A stretch of 64,000 bases of DNA from Actinomycetes bacterium (GCA_021852345.1 JAJZNL010000055.1:29070-93069); one strand, 5' to 3'; counted from the first letter of the stretch, positions 9,587 through 21,082 are shown. Translations and numbers: made by a program. The notes: generated by a model from the sequence alone, not told the origin.

Positions 9587-10552
9587 TCAAAAATCGATTT
9601 GTCGTAAAATTTTAAGCGCGAGGCCGTCCAAAATATCGCTTTCTAAAACATGACAACTTTTAATGCCAAACTTTTGCAACGCCACCAGAAGTATTAACGC
9701 CCCGGCAACTATTACTTCAGCCCTTCCCACTTCGAGTCCCGAAAGTTCACGGCGCTTACTAAGTGGCAATTCGGCTAAGTATTGGAGCGTGGCTTCGATT
9801 TGATCCAAGGTCAACTCCTTTAAATGGACACCTTGTTTACTGTACTCCTTTATGCCATTGGCAACCATATACAAACTGATAGCGGTACCAGCTACGGCAT
9901 AAACTCTTTCGATTTGTAAATTTTGATATCTAGAGCAAACTACGGTGAACAAATTTGATACGTATTTAAACGCTTTTTCTAAGTCGTTTCTATCGACAGG
10001 ATCAGACTTAAAAAATCTTTCGGTAAGTCTTACACATCCAATATCAATTGAGCCACCGAGTGCATTTGAAACAAATTTGCCGGCTTCATAATTCGAATTT
10101 AAATAGTCAAGTTGAAGACCACTTATAACCTCTGTCGAACCGCCACCGATATCTATAACAACAACTCGCTCTTTAGTTGATTCCAAACCCGACATTGCCC
10201 CTTTAAAACTTAATACCGCTTCTTTGTATCCGCTTAATAGCATCGGCGTTACTCCAAATAGATCGCGAACGGCTTTAATAAAGTATTGAGAATTCTTTGA
10301 ATCCCTAACCGCAGATGTTGCAATCAGCCCCCATTCAGTCACGTTAAAACTTTGACCTATTTCAAAATAATCCTTTAAAACCTTTAAGGTTCGGCTGACC
10401 GCATCTTCATCTAAATTTTTTTCTTTGTCTACGTTTTGGCCCAATCTGGTGACCCTGGAATCTCTATAAATTTGATTTTTGTCATCGTCAATTATAAGCA
10501 GTCGAGTCGAGTTTGTTCCACAATCGATGGCCCCGATAATCTTATTCATCAT
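9587..10552 (-). CDS. ppx: Exopolyphosphatase, Ppx/GppA family
   Basis: AIDCGTNSTRLLI and VIDIGGGSTEV ASKHA phosphate-binding motifs. 4 nt overlap with the DUF501 gene. Confidence 0.9.
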   Translation of the reverse strand: MMNKIIGAIDCGTNSTRLLIIDDDKNQIYRDSRVTRLGQNVDKEKNLDEDAVSRTLKVLKDYFEIGQSFNVTEWGLIATSAVRDSKNSQYFIKAVRDLFGVTPMLLSGYKEAVLSFKGAMSGLESTKERVVVIDIGGGSTEVISGLQLDYLNSNYEAGKFVSNALGGSIDIGCVRLTERFFKSDPVDRNDLEKAFKYVSNLFTVVCSRYQNLQIERVYAVAGTAISLYMVANGIKEYSKQGVHLKELTLDQIEATLQYLAELPLSKRRELSGLEVGRAEVIVAGALILLVALQKFGIKSCHVLESDILDGLALKILRQIDF

Positions 10553-11046
10553 AGTTCGCTTTCGTATTCATCGATATTTAACTTACACGTACCAGCCACC
10601 CAACTCCCCACAGCATCCTGTCTTGTTGCCAGAAAATTGGCTAAATGGGCATGTAGACATTTTAGTCCCCGCCCAGTTCCCCCAACACCGCCTTGAGGCA
10701 TTAATCCCGCATAATTTTTGGGAAGAAGTTCATGTCTCATTGCCGAATATCTTTTATGAATTTCATCGATTTCGGTTTCGTTAAACAGCCGTTCCACAAA
10801 CTTCAAACCAAATTCAGCTTCAATTCTGGACACTAACTTTGACTCTTTTTTACCCAACAACCAAAAAAGTGTCGGCATCGGAACCCCGCTATTTAAAATA
10901 GGGTAGTTTGCAATTACAACAATACCTTTTGTGGTTCTATTTCTAACTGTGACTTTAAAGGGTCCCGAAGGCGGGCGTTTCAAAAGTTTTTCTACTTCCA
11001 AAAAATCGGATTCGTCAAAACCGAAATCATCGATTGACTTAATCAA
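10549..11046 (-). CDS. DUF501 domain protein
   Basis: 165 aa with the GTGRGLKCLHAHLA motif. Sits directly upstream of ppx, as in actinobacterial eno-ftsB-DUF501-ppx loci. TTG start. Confidence 0.75.
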   Translation of the reverse strand: MIKSIDDFGFDESDFLEVEKLLKRPPSGPFKVTVRNRTTKGIVVIANYPILNSGVPMPTLFWLLGKKESKLVSRIEAEFGLKFVERLFNETEIDEIHKRYSAMRHELLPKNYAGLMPQGGVGGTGRGLKCLHAHLANFLATRQDAVGSWVAGTCKLNIDEYESEL

Positions 11047-11048
11047 TT

Positions 11049-13022
11049 TTAGGGACTCTTTGTCTTTAGTATCCGTCTAATGATCAGAAGTAGAATAACG
11101 CCAACTGAAGGTATAATTATTGGCTTAAGACGACTTTTTAATGGAGATGAGACCAAGTCCAATATATCAATTGGTTCATTCGGTTGACTTTCAATCTTTA
11201 GCTCATCGACACTTGATGCGCTATGAGTCTCTAAATCTCTACCATTCGCTTCTTCGCCGGTTTTAACGGATTCAGTCGAATTAACCGAAGTCTGTGGCAT
11301 TTCTATAATAGATGCCAAATTCTGTAAACCGCTCTCTCCGTTTTCCTCCTTAGAATCTTCGGTAGTTACGAAGGCTTCAGGCGAATTTAGCTGTTCGTTC
11401 GCATTTGATGATTTAAAAATCGGAATTACCTCCCCGTTGGATCCTTGGAGACTCCCGTCAGTTAGAAGATCGCCTTGAGGAATCTGCAATTCAACTATAT
11501 TTTCTTCGGGAACATTTTCTGGGTTTTCATCAATTGGCAAATCCGATTCGAAAAAATCAACTTTATCATCGGCTCTATCGCCGGAATCGACAGAAGACAT
11601 TCCGGGTTCAGAATCTTGAATATCTTCTTGATCATACAACGTTATGTCTTCATCATCGGCCAATAAGGCTTCTACCGCATTAATATCATCTAACTCTTCG
11701 ACTTCGGTGTCTATCTCTTCTGCAGTAAAGTTACCAATGGCAATTTCTCCCAAACTCCCTTCGCCTTCATCCAATTCTGTTTCGATGCTATTTGAAAGTT
11801 TTGACAACTTTTCGTCTGCAGGAGAGCCCTCAATGTCAACCCGATCCGCATTAGAGCCCTGAGTCCTTGAATTGACTTCGTCAATTTCATCGTCCAAATC
11901 TATTTCAGTGGCCAATTTGGAAAGCTTATCAGCAACAATAGGATTTACAATTCCCAAAGCCGATTCATCACTTGTTGCTTCAGAGTTTTGTTTGTATTCT
12001 TGATCTTCAGCCACATCTTCATCTGATTTTATTTCATCGTTCGATTCAGACGGAACCGACGATATCAAATTATTATCGTCATCGTCATTATCTGCTGTTA
12101 CTTTTCCGATTCTGCTTTGCTCCAGATTCGCATTTTGAGATGCCGCTTGACGGGCTTCGTCAATGTCTCTTCTAATGTCTTCAAGTCGTTCTTTTAATGA
12201 ATCAGTCAATTCTAGATTTTGGTCTGGATTATCATCAGAAGTACCCGTCGCCATCGGCAAATTATCATCAGCTAATTCAATCTCCTCAGACGAAAAATTA
12301 AGCCCCAACAATAAATCTCCAGAAGGGTCAGAATTATCCTCTACGACGATTCCATCTTGCCCCTCGATATTTTCAATAGGTAAGCCTTTTTCTTCTTCGT
12401 GGCTTAACTCCAGATTAGGTTCTTCGACTTTACCTTCAACGGCATCAGAATCAATATCAAAAATTTTGTTTTGAATATTTGCTTCCTGTTCGTTTGCTCC
12501 CTCGTTCAGATGATCAGATCCCAACTCAGCGGTTCCTTCAGACCCGTTCATTACGGATTCAATCGGTTGGCCATTCAAGAGATTAGATAAGTTAGAGGCA
12601 AAAATATCTAAAATCTTACCTGAAACATCATCCAAAAGACCACGTCCCAGTTGGGCAACCTTACCTGAAATGGAAAGGTTGGTCGTAACCGTCACCCTGG
12701 TAATGGAATTATCATCAACTATTATCGGTTTCAAGGTTGCATGCACAACAGCTGCAGCTGATCCGGTACCCTTAGATTCTTTGCCGTCAGCTTTTAATAT
12801 AGCAGTATATGTTTTATGGTTTCTGTCCACCCATGTCGCAACGCCCGCATAAGAGGTAACGATTGGACCTACCTTAACTTTAATCGTTCCTTCGTATTCT
12901 CCATTTTTAACACGATCCAACTCCGCTCCGGGAAGACACGGAGCAATGAGCTTCAAGTCGGTTAACACTTCCCATGCTTTTTCTATGGGAACTGGCACCT
13001 TAAATTCGTTAATTAGCTCCAT
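11049..13022 (-). CDS. coxG: CoxG-like SRPBCC protein with a long acidic disordered region and a C-terminal TM anchor
   Basis: Residues 1-150 (nt ~12573-13022) match CoxG/SRPBCC (MELINEFKVPVPIEKAWEVLTDL...ISGKVAQLGRGLLDDVSGKIL). Residues ~150-625 are D/E/S/N-rich low complexity. The C-terminus PIIIPSVGVILLLIIRRILKTKSP is a hydrophobic helix followed by a basic tail. Confidence 0.8.
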   Translation of the reverse strand: MELINEFKVPVPIEKAWEVLTDLKLIAPCLPGAELDRVKNGEYEGTIKVKVGPIVTSYAGVATWVDRNHKTYTAILKADGKESKGTGSAAAVVHATLKPIIVDDNSITRVTVTTNLSISGKVAQLGRGLLDDVSGKILDIFASNLSNLLNGQPIESVMNGSEGTAELGSDHLNEGANEQEANIQNKIFDIDSDAVEGKVEEPNLELSHEEEKGLPIENIEGQDGIVVEDNSDPSGDLLLGLNFSSEEIELADDNLPMATGTSDDNPDQNLELTDSLKERLEDIRRDIDEARQAASQNANLEQSRIGKVTADNDDDDNNLISSVPSESNDEIKSDEDVAEDQEYKQNSEATSDESALGIVNPIVADKLSKLATEIDLDDEIDEVNSRTQGSNADRVDIEGSPADEKLSKLSNSIETELDEGEGSLGEIAIGNFTAEEIDTEVEELDDINAVEALLADDEDITLYDQEDIQDSEPGMSSVDSGDRADDKVDFFESDLPIDENPENVPEENIVELQIPQGDLLTDGSLQGSNGEVIPIFKSSNANEQLNSPEAFVTTEDSKEENGESGLQNLASIIEMPQTSVNSTESVKTGEEANGRDLETHSASSVDELKIESQPNEPIDILDLVSSPLKSRLKPIIIPSVGVILLLIIRRILKTKSP

Positions 13023-13597
13023 TTACTTAAATCTTCTTTCGTATCAATATCCACCGGGCTTCCAGAACCCTTGACTAATGTAACCATATTCGGAAAATCT
13101 GCCATTAGCTGTTTTGCGCCGATATCGCCGGCAGTGGGCAGCTTAAAAAACATCTCCTTTTTAATTTTAATCGGATGACCCACCTTTTGTCCATAGGTAG
13201 TTGCAACGAGAGAAGTACTTTCTTCGTCCAGCACTGCGTTAAATGAATCAATTGTCAGAAAAGGCATATCTGCTAAAGCTACCACGACAGACGAATGGCC
13301 GCTGTTTAAGGCGTAGTGGATCCCTACGTTTAACGATGAAGCCAGTCCCAATTCAGCAGAGTGATTAATTAGAACCGTGAATTCATCGCCGATCAGAGGT
13401 GTCAAGGTATCGTCCTTTAGTATTACAATCCTTTCGTCGCATTGTGTTTCAGAGACCACGTCAAGTATCCATTTGATAAGAGGCTTCCCCTTAAAGTTGG
13501 CCTGAAGCTTATTGGTATTAGGTTTGCCGGCGGCAAAACGCTCAGATTTACCGGCTGCCAGAATTAAAATTGCATTTGACACAGTTAAATAATACAC
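13013..13597 (-). CDS. MobA/MocA-like nucleotidyltransferase (molybdenum cofactor cytidylyl/guanylyl-transferase)
   Basis: ILILAAGKSERF N-terminal NTP-transferase motif and ~190 aa length. GTG start. 10 nt overlap with the coxG-like gene. Confidence 0.75.
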   Translation of the reverse strand: MYYLTVSNAILILAAGKSERFAAGKPNTNKLQANFKGKPLIKWILDVVSETQCDERIVILKDDTLTPLIGDEFTVLINHSAELGLASSLNVGIHYALNSGHSSVVVALADMPFLTIDSFNAVLDEESTSLVATTYGQKVGHPIKIKKEMFFKLPTAGDIGAKQLMADFPNMVTLVKGSGSPVDIDTKEDLSKWS

Positions 13598-13939
13598 GGA
13601 ATTAAAGCACGCCCCTTACCCAAATTATATTAGTAACTTCCCAACAGTTAAATGCGCCTGTATGCCCTAGCTTTCAAACACTGGTTCGGATAGATACAAA
13701 CTCTAAATTATCGCCATATTACAGAGAGCGGCTCTATTGTCTTGTAGTTTTGAAGTTGCTAATTAATCCGCTCGTGAGTAGAAAATGATTTCGACCATTT
13801 TAAATTAAATCGGTCGGAAATTTTATACCAAATTACATCAACCCTACTTTCAGGTGCAAATAACCAATTTGAAACGAAATTCCAAACAATATTTCGGCTA
13901 TCGAAACCGGTATCGAATTATCGACAAGCAAGAAAACTA

Positions 13940-15169
13940 TTAGCGAGCTGTTATAGTTCCAAATGTCGCATTGAGCGGATTACCTGACCTGGAATTTTTT
14001 ACTGCAACGATCTGAGCGATAATCGCAAGAGCAATTTCATTTGAATTGGTAGCTCCTAGATCCAAACCGATCGGAGAAAAAATACGACTCAGCTTTTCTT
14101 GGTCAATACCAAGATCTTTTAACTTTTGGAATCTTTTCTCGGCTGTCACTCTGGATCCGATCGCCCCTACGTAGCCGAAAGGCAAGTCGACTGCAAGTTT
14201 TAATGCTGGTATATCAAATTTCTCATCGTGGCTTAACATGCACAATGAGTCTTTTTCGGAAACGGTATCACGAATTTCAGAGATATAGTCTTCTGGCCAT
14301 TTCAATTCCAGTTCTATCTCTTTGTTAAATCTAGATTCATTTAAAAACATAGGGCGCGGATCAACTACGACGACCCTATAACCCATTTTTAATCCGATCT
14401 CAGATAGAGCAACAGCATGATCTGAAACACCGGCGATAATTAATCTATGAGTTCCTATATAACGATAAAAAAACATGTTGTATTCATTTGCCACGGTTAG
14501 ATCAAAATAGCCGTCACTTTTATTGCCGCCTACTTCGGAATTCATATCATGCCTTAAGAATGTGATGTCATCACTGTCAGATGAGTCTACTGCGACATGG
14601 AAGAATCCCGAAGAAATATTATTGTCACGATAGCCTACAAGAACTGACTTGAACAAATCGTCAACTCCCCCAGCCTGATTTCTAATCCGACCATGGCAGA
14701 CGACAAATTTGGTTTCGCTGCCAATTTCAGATAGTCCATAGATAGAGCCCGTGCTTACATCAATTGCAATATAGGATCGTGAAGCTTTTAGACTATCTTT
14801 TAGAAGGGGCAAAAAATCGTTCCAGTCGGGCATGAAAGCCGTTATATTTGCCGAGCCTCCGCAAGTCAACCCAAAATTAAATGCCTCTTCGTCGGTATAG
14901 GGAAATGTCCCTATATAAGGAGTCCCACTGTTATTGTTCGAAACTTGATCTATTCTTCTTAAAACTTCACCTATAACAGCAGGTTCAACGCATCCACCCG
15001 AAACGGAGCCCAAACTTTCCGAATCTGAATTTACAACCATTATGGATCCAAGCGGCATCGGCGAAGATCCACTAGCCGACACCAATACAGCCATCCCCAC
15101 CTGTTTTGACTCTTGTATCCATTTTTCAACCGTCTGAATCAGTCTATTTGAAACGAAATCTGGATTCAT
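13940..15169 (-). CDS. XdhC/CoxI-family molybdoenzyme maturation protein
   Basis: N-terminal XdhC_CoxI pattern (SSPMPLGSIMVV...LGSVSGGCVE) and a C-terminal Rossmann-like segment (LIIAGVSDHAVALSEIGLKMGYRVVVVDPRP). Confidence 0.8.
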   Translation of the reverse strand: MNPDFVSNRLIQTVEKWIQESKQVGMAVLVSASGSSPMPLGSIMVVNSDSESLGSVSGGCVEPAVIGEVLRRIDQVSNNNSGTPYIGTFPYTDEEAFNFGLTCGGSANITAFMPDWNDFLPLLKDSLKASRSYIAIDVSTGSIYGLSEIGSETKFVVCHGRIRNQAGGVDDLFKSVLVGYRDNNISSGFFHVAVDSSDSDDITFLRHDMNSEVGGNKSDGYFDLTVANEYNMFFYRYIGTHRLIIAGVSDHAVALSEIGLKMGYRVVVVDPRPMFLNESRFNKEIELELKWPEDYISEIRDTVSEKDSLCMLSHDEKFDIPALKLAVDLPFGYVGAIGSRVTAEKRFQKLKDLGIDQEKLSRIFSPIGLDLGATNSNEIALAIIAQIVAVKNSRSGNPLNATFGTITAR

Positions 15170-15213
15170 ATTTAAAACTTCTGTCTAGTTTCTTATAAAT
15201 TTCATAACAGCCA

Positions 15214-16026
15214 TCAAAAGGAATATTTTTCGGCATATTGTTTCATGAAAACCTTCAACAGATGGAGTCTGTAGTTTTTTGTACCATATATGTCCTCCGT
15301 GGGTGAACATTTTGAAGCAACCGCTTGATAGACAGATTCAAAATCTGAATGAAGTTCTTGAATATCAATTCCAACGGACACGGTTGTGGCTGCCATACTG
15401 ATCAAACCCATGCTCAAAGTATCTACAAACCTAGCTACCGCCATTCCCGAGATTGCCCAGTCTTGAGCTCTTTTGGATATCTTAAAGAACTCGGTATCGC
15501 CAGCAGTCAAAGGGAATCTTATAGATGCTAATATTTCATCTTCACCCAAAGCAGTTTCCAAAAATCCATGATAAAATTCACTCGATGAAATTTCCCTAAT
15601 TCCATTTTTGCTTATAACAACGGCGGTGCCTCGTAAGGCCACAAAACACCCCGCTAGATCAGAAGCCGGATCCCCGTGAGATATTGCCCCTCCGATTGTA
15701 CCGCGATGTCGTATTTGAGGATCACCTATCTGATTTGCTACATTTGCCAAAAGTGGTACGTTAGTGACTATCTCATCATACTTACCCAAGTCACAGTGAC
15801 GAACCATCGAACCAATCTCTATAGAGTCATTGACAATTCTTACTACTTTAAATGCACGAATATCTGATATGTCGACCAATTGGTCGAAACTGGTCAAACC
15901 CATTTTCATTAAAGGTATCAATGACTGACCGCCAGCGATTATCTTTGTATCGAACTTCTGCGACATTGCCTCCGTCAAGTCCTCTACGGTTTTAGGTTTT
16001 ATGTATTTGTATTCGTTTAAAATCAT
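15214..16026 (-). CDS. coxM: FAD-binding medium subunit of a xanthine dehydrogenase/CO dehydrogenase-family enzyme
   Basis: IIAGGQSLIPLMK FAD-binding motif, 270 aa. Confidence 0.85.
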   Translation of the reverse strand: MILNEYKYIKPKTVEDLTEAMSQKFDTKIIAGGQSLIPLMKMGLTSFDQLVDISDIRAFKVVRIVNDSIEIGSMVRHCDLGKYDEIVTNVPLLANVANQIGDPQIRHRGTIGGAISHGDPASDLAGCFVALRGTAVVISKNGIREISSSEFYHGFLETALGEDEILASIRFPLTAGDTEFFKISKRAQDWAISGMAVARFVDTLSMGLISMAATTVSVGIDIQELHSDFESVYQAVASKCSPTEDIYGTKNYRLHLLKVFMKQYAEKYSF

Positions 16027-16044
16027 CTAACGGCGCTTGTAAAG

Positions 16045-16533
16045 TTAATCGTCTTTTTGAGCTATCATCATATCTTGGGCCAATTCAACTGCGGCAACAA
16101 TATTGTGATAACCGGTGCATCTGCACAGGTTCCCCTCTAGACCCTGTCGAATCTCATCTTCTGATAGCGTTCGACCCGTAGTATTGTTTGCCAACATCGA
16201 AACAGTCGCCATGATCATCCCAGAGGTACAAAATCCGCACTGCAATCCATGAGTTTGTCCAAATGCCTTTACGACTGGATGAAGTTGCCCTCCCACAGGG
16301 TTCAATCCTTCCATGGTCGTTACATCTTTTTGATCGGCCTGGACGGTCAATACCGTACAAGCCTTTACAGATTCACCGTCCAGCAATACGGTGCAGGCAC
16401 CGCAAGTGGTGGTGTCACAGCCAACGTTGGCAGCCTTTAAACCCGCTATATCCCTAATGAAATCCACCAGTAGCATGCTGGTATCGACTTCGGCATCATA
16501 TTTTTTTTGATTGACAATAATTGAAACTTTCAT
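16045..16533 (-). CDS. coxS: [2Fe-2S] small subunit of a xanthine dehydrogenase/CO dehydrogenase-family enzyme
   Basis: GCDTTTCGACTV and CGFCTSGM cysteine clusters. 4 nt overlap with the large subunit. Confidence 0.9.
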   Translation of the reverse strand: MKVSIIVNQKKYDAEVDTSMLLVDFIRDIAGLKAANVGCDTTTCGACTVLLDGESVKACTVLTVQADQKDVTTMEGLNPVGGQLHPVVKAFGQTHGLQCGFCTSGMIMATVSMLANNTTGRTLSEDEIRQGLEGNLCRCTGYHNIVAAVELAQDMMIAQKDD

Positions 16534-18845
16534 ATCGTATCAACTTCGAGCAAAAAAGGATTTTCGCCTTCATATAAAGCTTTATATATATTAACGGGAG
16601 TTATCGGAATGTTAACATTTAAATCGCCGAACTCTTCTAAGGCGTCGGCCACAGCATTTGCCACGGCTGGTATTATTCCTATCGTTCCAGACTCACCAAT
16701 TCCTTTGGCGCCCAATTCGTTTATTAAAGTGGGAGTTTCCATTAAATTAACGTCAAAATTTGGAAATTCAGTTGCCGAAGGAAAGCCGTAGTCATACAGA
16801 GTAGAAGTCATCAGATTACCGTCTTTATCATATACGACTTCTTCAAAAAGAGCCTCTGCGGCGCCCTGGGCAACTCCTCCGTGCAACTGCCCCATCGCCA
16901 AAACTGGATTTACAATTTTACCGGCATCATCTACGGTTACCACTTTTAATAGCTTAACTTGACAAGTCTTTAAATTAACGCTCACCATTGCCAAATGAGA
17001 TCCAAACGGAAAGGTCGGTCCGTTTGACTTATACTCCGATTCGGCTTTAAGAATTATTCCCGCTTGATCTGCCGACTTAGCAATATCTGCATAACCGTAT
17101 ATCCTGTCGTCGCATTTAAAATTTCCGTCCGATTTTATAAATTCAATTCGTTCAAAAGGAACATTGATATATTGACTTAAAAACTTTTTAATTATCTCCA
17201 CAAGTTGCAAACAAGCACCATTTATCGCAACTCCCGCACTCTGAATCGATCGCGACCCAAACGTACCCACACCAAAAGGAATTAATTTCGTATCACCTTG
17301 CACCATTTCAATTTGATCCAAATCAAATCCGGTTACCTCTTTGGCAATCTGGGAATATGCCGTTTGATGACCCTGTCCATGTGAAAATGTTCCGCACCCA
17401 ATCTCTAAAATCCCGTCTTTTCGCAACTCCGCAGAGCCGTATTCGGTAGCTGGAACTCCGTGAGTTATTTCCACGTAAGAGCTAATTCCGATTCCGATTC
17501 TCGAATCATCCGAAAGCTTGTTGACTTCGTCTTTTTTCACCTTGAGCATCTCTAAGTCACCGATCTGGCAAAGATTGACTAAAGCTTTTTGATAATCTCC
17601 AGAATCATAAACCGCACCGTATTTAGTTTGATATGGAAACTGTTCGGGTTTAATAAAGTTATTGCTCCTAAGTTGGACTTTATCTATGCTAACTTTTCTG
17701 GCATATTTGTCAACAATTCTCTCAATGGCATAGGCCGCCTCAGGTCGCCCCGCCCCTCGATAGGCGACAACGGGATTCGTATTGGTTACAACAGACTTGG
17801 ACTGATATACGACATTTTCTATATCGTAAGTTCCAGAGGTCATAAAGCGAGTGAATATCGGTAAAAAAGCTCCGGTAAGCGGATATGCTCCACAGTCTTG
17901 CAACACATCTAAAAAGTAGTGGGTAAATCTGCCGCTTTTATCTCCCCCAAGTTTTACGCGTTGAACTTGACCTCTGCCGTGCCCTAAGGACATCATGGAC
18001 TCTGATCTGGTTTCAACCCACTTAAGCGTAATGTTACATTTTTTAGCAAAATATGCAACCAAAATCTCCTCGGGGTAAAGCGATATTTTTGCCCCAAAGC
18101 CGCCCCCCACATCGCCTGCAATGACATGCACTTGCTCTTTGTCGACCTTAAGCGCCCGACTTATTGAGTCTTTAGCCCCGTGCGGCGCCTGGGTTGAAAC
18201 ATAAATTTCAAGTCCAGCGTCAATCGGTTTAACCAAAATTGCTCGCCCTTCAAGCGGGCAAGGGGCGACCTTAGGTATTAAGTAAGTTTCTTCTACGACT
18301 ACCTCACAGCCGTCAAAAAACTTCTCTTCGTTAAAATCTTCTTCGGTATTCTTAGAAGCGACATTGCTTTGTGAACCCTCAAAAAGCAAATAGTCGGTAT
18401 GCAAAGCTTCAATCGGGTCTACTACGGCTTTCAGTTTGTCAATTTCAACTTCGATAAATTCGGCAGCTTTTTCCGCTTCGGATTTTGACTTTGCCACGAT
18501 CATGGCCATCGGCTCGCCAACATAGCGGAGCCTACGGGATGGCAACAGTTCTCGAACCATTGCCTGGTCTACTATTTTTGCCGGAATTATTGGATCTAAA
18601 TCCACATCGGCTGAAGTGAATATTTCAATGACGCCGGTCATTTTTTTTGCAGTCGATACGTCGATGGATTTTATAATTCCGCTTGCAACGTATGATCTTA
18701 AAAAATGAACGTGGTATGTATCTTCGAATTCCAAATCGGCAACATAAGTACCGCCCTTTGTTAATAATCTTTTATCTTCCTGTCGGACAAATGAGCTAAA
18801 ATCCGCAGCTGGAATATCCAGCCTCGAAGATACTTCGACTGTCAT
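16530..18845 (-). CDS. coxL: Molybdopterin-binding large subunit, form-II CoxL-like (AYRGAGR)
   Basis: About 770 aa aldehyde oxidase/xanthine dehydrogenase fold. Active-site loop reads VVAYRGAGRPEAAY. The ATG at 18845-18843 overlaps the ftsB-like TGA as ATGA; the track start at 18851 is an in-frame TTG two codons upstream. Confidence 0.85.
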   Translation of the reverse strand: MTVEVSSRLDIPAADFSSFVRQEDKRLLTKGGTYVADLEFEDTYHVHFLRSYVASGIIKSIDVSTAKKMTGVIEIFTSADVDLDPIIPAKIVDQAMVRELLPSRRLRYVGEPMAMIVAKSKSEAEKAAEFIEVEIDKLKAVVDPIEALHTDYLLFEGSQSNVASKNTEEDFNEEKFFDGCEVVVEETYLIPKVAPCPLEGRAILVKPIDAGLEIYVSTQAPHGAKDSISRALKVDKEQVHVIAGDVGGGFGAKISLYPEEILVAYFAKKCNITLKWVETRSESMMSLGHGRGQVQRVKLGGDKSGRFTHYFLDVLQDCGAYPLTGAFLPIFTRFMTSGTYDIENVVYQSKSVVTNTNPVVAYRGAGRPEAAYAIERIVDKYARKVSIDKVQLRSNNFIKPEQFPYQTKYGAVYDSGDYQKALVNLCQIGDLEMLKVKKDEVNKLSDDSRIGIGISSYVEITHGVPATEYGSAELRKDGILEIGCGTFSHGQGHQTAYSQIAKEVTGFDLDQIEMVQGDTKLIPFGVGTFGSRSIQSAGVAINGACLQLVEIIKKFLSQYINVPFERIEFIKSDGNFKCDDRIYGYADIAKSADQAGIILKAESEYKSNGPTFPFGSHLAMVSVNLKTCQVKLLKVVTVDDAGKIVNPVLAMGQLHGGVAQGAAEALFEEVVYDKDGNLMTSTLYDYGFPSATEFPNFDVNLMETPTLINELGAKGIGESGTIGIIPAVANAVADALEEFGDLNVNIPITPVNIYKALYEGENPFLLEVDTI

Positions 18846-19315
18846 TTCCAAAATTCAAGTCTGGATAAAAGCCTTGAGAAGAAGTTTTGGTTGGCATTAG
18901 TTTTCGAAGAACTTGCAACAGATCCGTTGGGACCCAAATGCGTCGGAATAGGCGGAACGGGATTTTGATTGGCATTATTGGGCAAAACCACATAGGGCTG
19001 TTCCCCTTGCTTAACCAAACCATATCTCTGTCTGGCGAGTTTTTCAATGTAAGACGGTGTATTTAGCTGCTGGATTTGCTTATTCAACTGTTGGTTGGAA
19101 GCCTGCAACTGCAATTGGGTGGTCTGAAGCGCTGCCAATGACCTGTTTTCATTGTAGAGCCTGTTGAAAGGAAATTCAAGCCCAAAGAATACGACAATGC
19201 ATAAAAATATAAACAAAAAGACCGGTCGCCTTTTGGTGCGTAGCTTTTTTGTTCGCTTCTTCTTGTGCGATATTCTCTTGCTATTTGCGTTTGTTTTTGT
19301 CGATGCGGTAGTCAT
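18842..19315 (-). CDS. ftsB: Septum formation initiator, FtsB/DivIC family
   Basis: Basic N-terminus, a single TM (VFLFIFLCIVVFFGL), a coiled-coil Q/L-rich segment, then IEKLARQRYGLVKQGE. Directly downstream of eno. Confidence 0.8.
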   Translation of the reverse strand: MTTASTKTNANSKRISHKKKRTKKLRTKRRPVFLFIFLCIVVFFGLEFPFNRLYNENRSLAALQTTQLQLQASNQQLNKQIQQLNTPSYIEKLARQRYGLVKQGEQPYVVLPNNANQNPVPPIPTHLGPNGSVASSSKTNANQNFFSRLLSRLEFWK

Positions 19316-19323
19316 GGATAAAC

Positions 19324-20601
<1,278 letters not shown>

Positions 20602-20736
20602 TCATTCTTTCTAATCAGAAAAGGGCTTATATAAAAATTATCAAATTAATTGTCTCAAATAGTGGATATACAAGACTAAATTAACATTTGAGATAGTACG
20701 GAACAACAGACTATTGCATCCTACATCTATATATTA

Positions 20737-20749
20737 GGTCAATTTGACC
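20737..20749. promoter_or_regulatory. Palindrome GGTCAA-t-TTGACC in the eno upstream region
   Basis: Perfect 6-1-6 palindrome read directly. ATTGACCATT recurs 32 bp downstream at 20781-20790. Could equally be -35-like hexamers. Confidence 0.25.
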
Positions 20750-21082
20750 ATATGTTTTGATGCATTAAAAATTTTGATAGATTGACCATTTGAATATTGC
20801 TGGTCGCTTTGGACGAATGAGTATGGACGATATTGACTAATCTTATCTACAATTCATCTTAAATCATCTTTGAGCCTTTTAGAATTAAACCATATAGAAA
20901 AACTATTAGGCACTCATCCAAGAATAACTATGGGCTAATGGCAACACATGACACACTAAAAAAATGTGTATCGTTAAGGGTTCCATGCGAAGTCGCTATT
21001 GTCGTTATATTGAATACGGGTACCGTTATAGTGGATACGTACTCGTCGCCTAAAACTTTAATTTCACTAATCCGCTTTGACT

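Noticed and set aside
16530-18851. Calling the molybdoenzyme a bona fide aerobic CO dehydrogenase.
   Set aside because: The active-site loop is AYRGAGR (form-II type), not the AYxCSFR loop of proven form-I CODH, and no coxD/E/F genes are present. It is annotated only as an XDH/CODH-family enzyme of unknown substrate.
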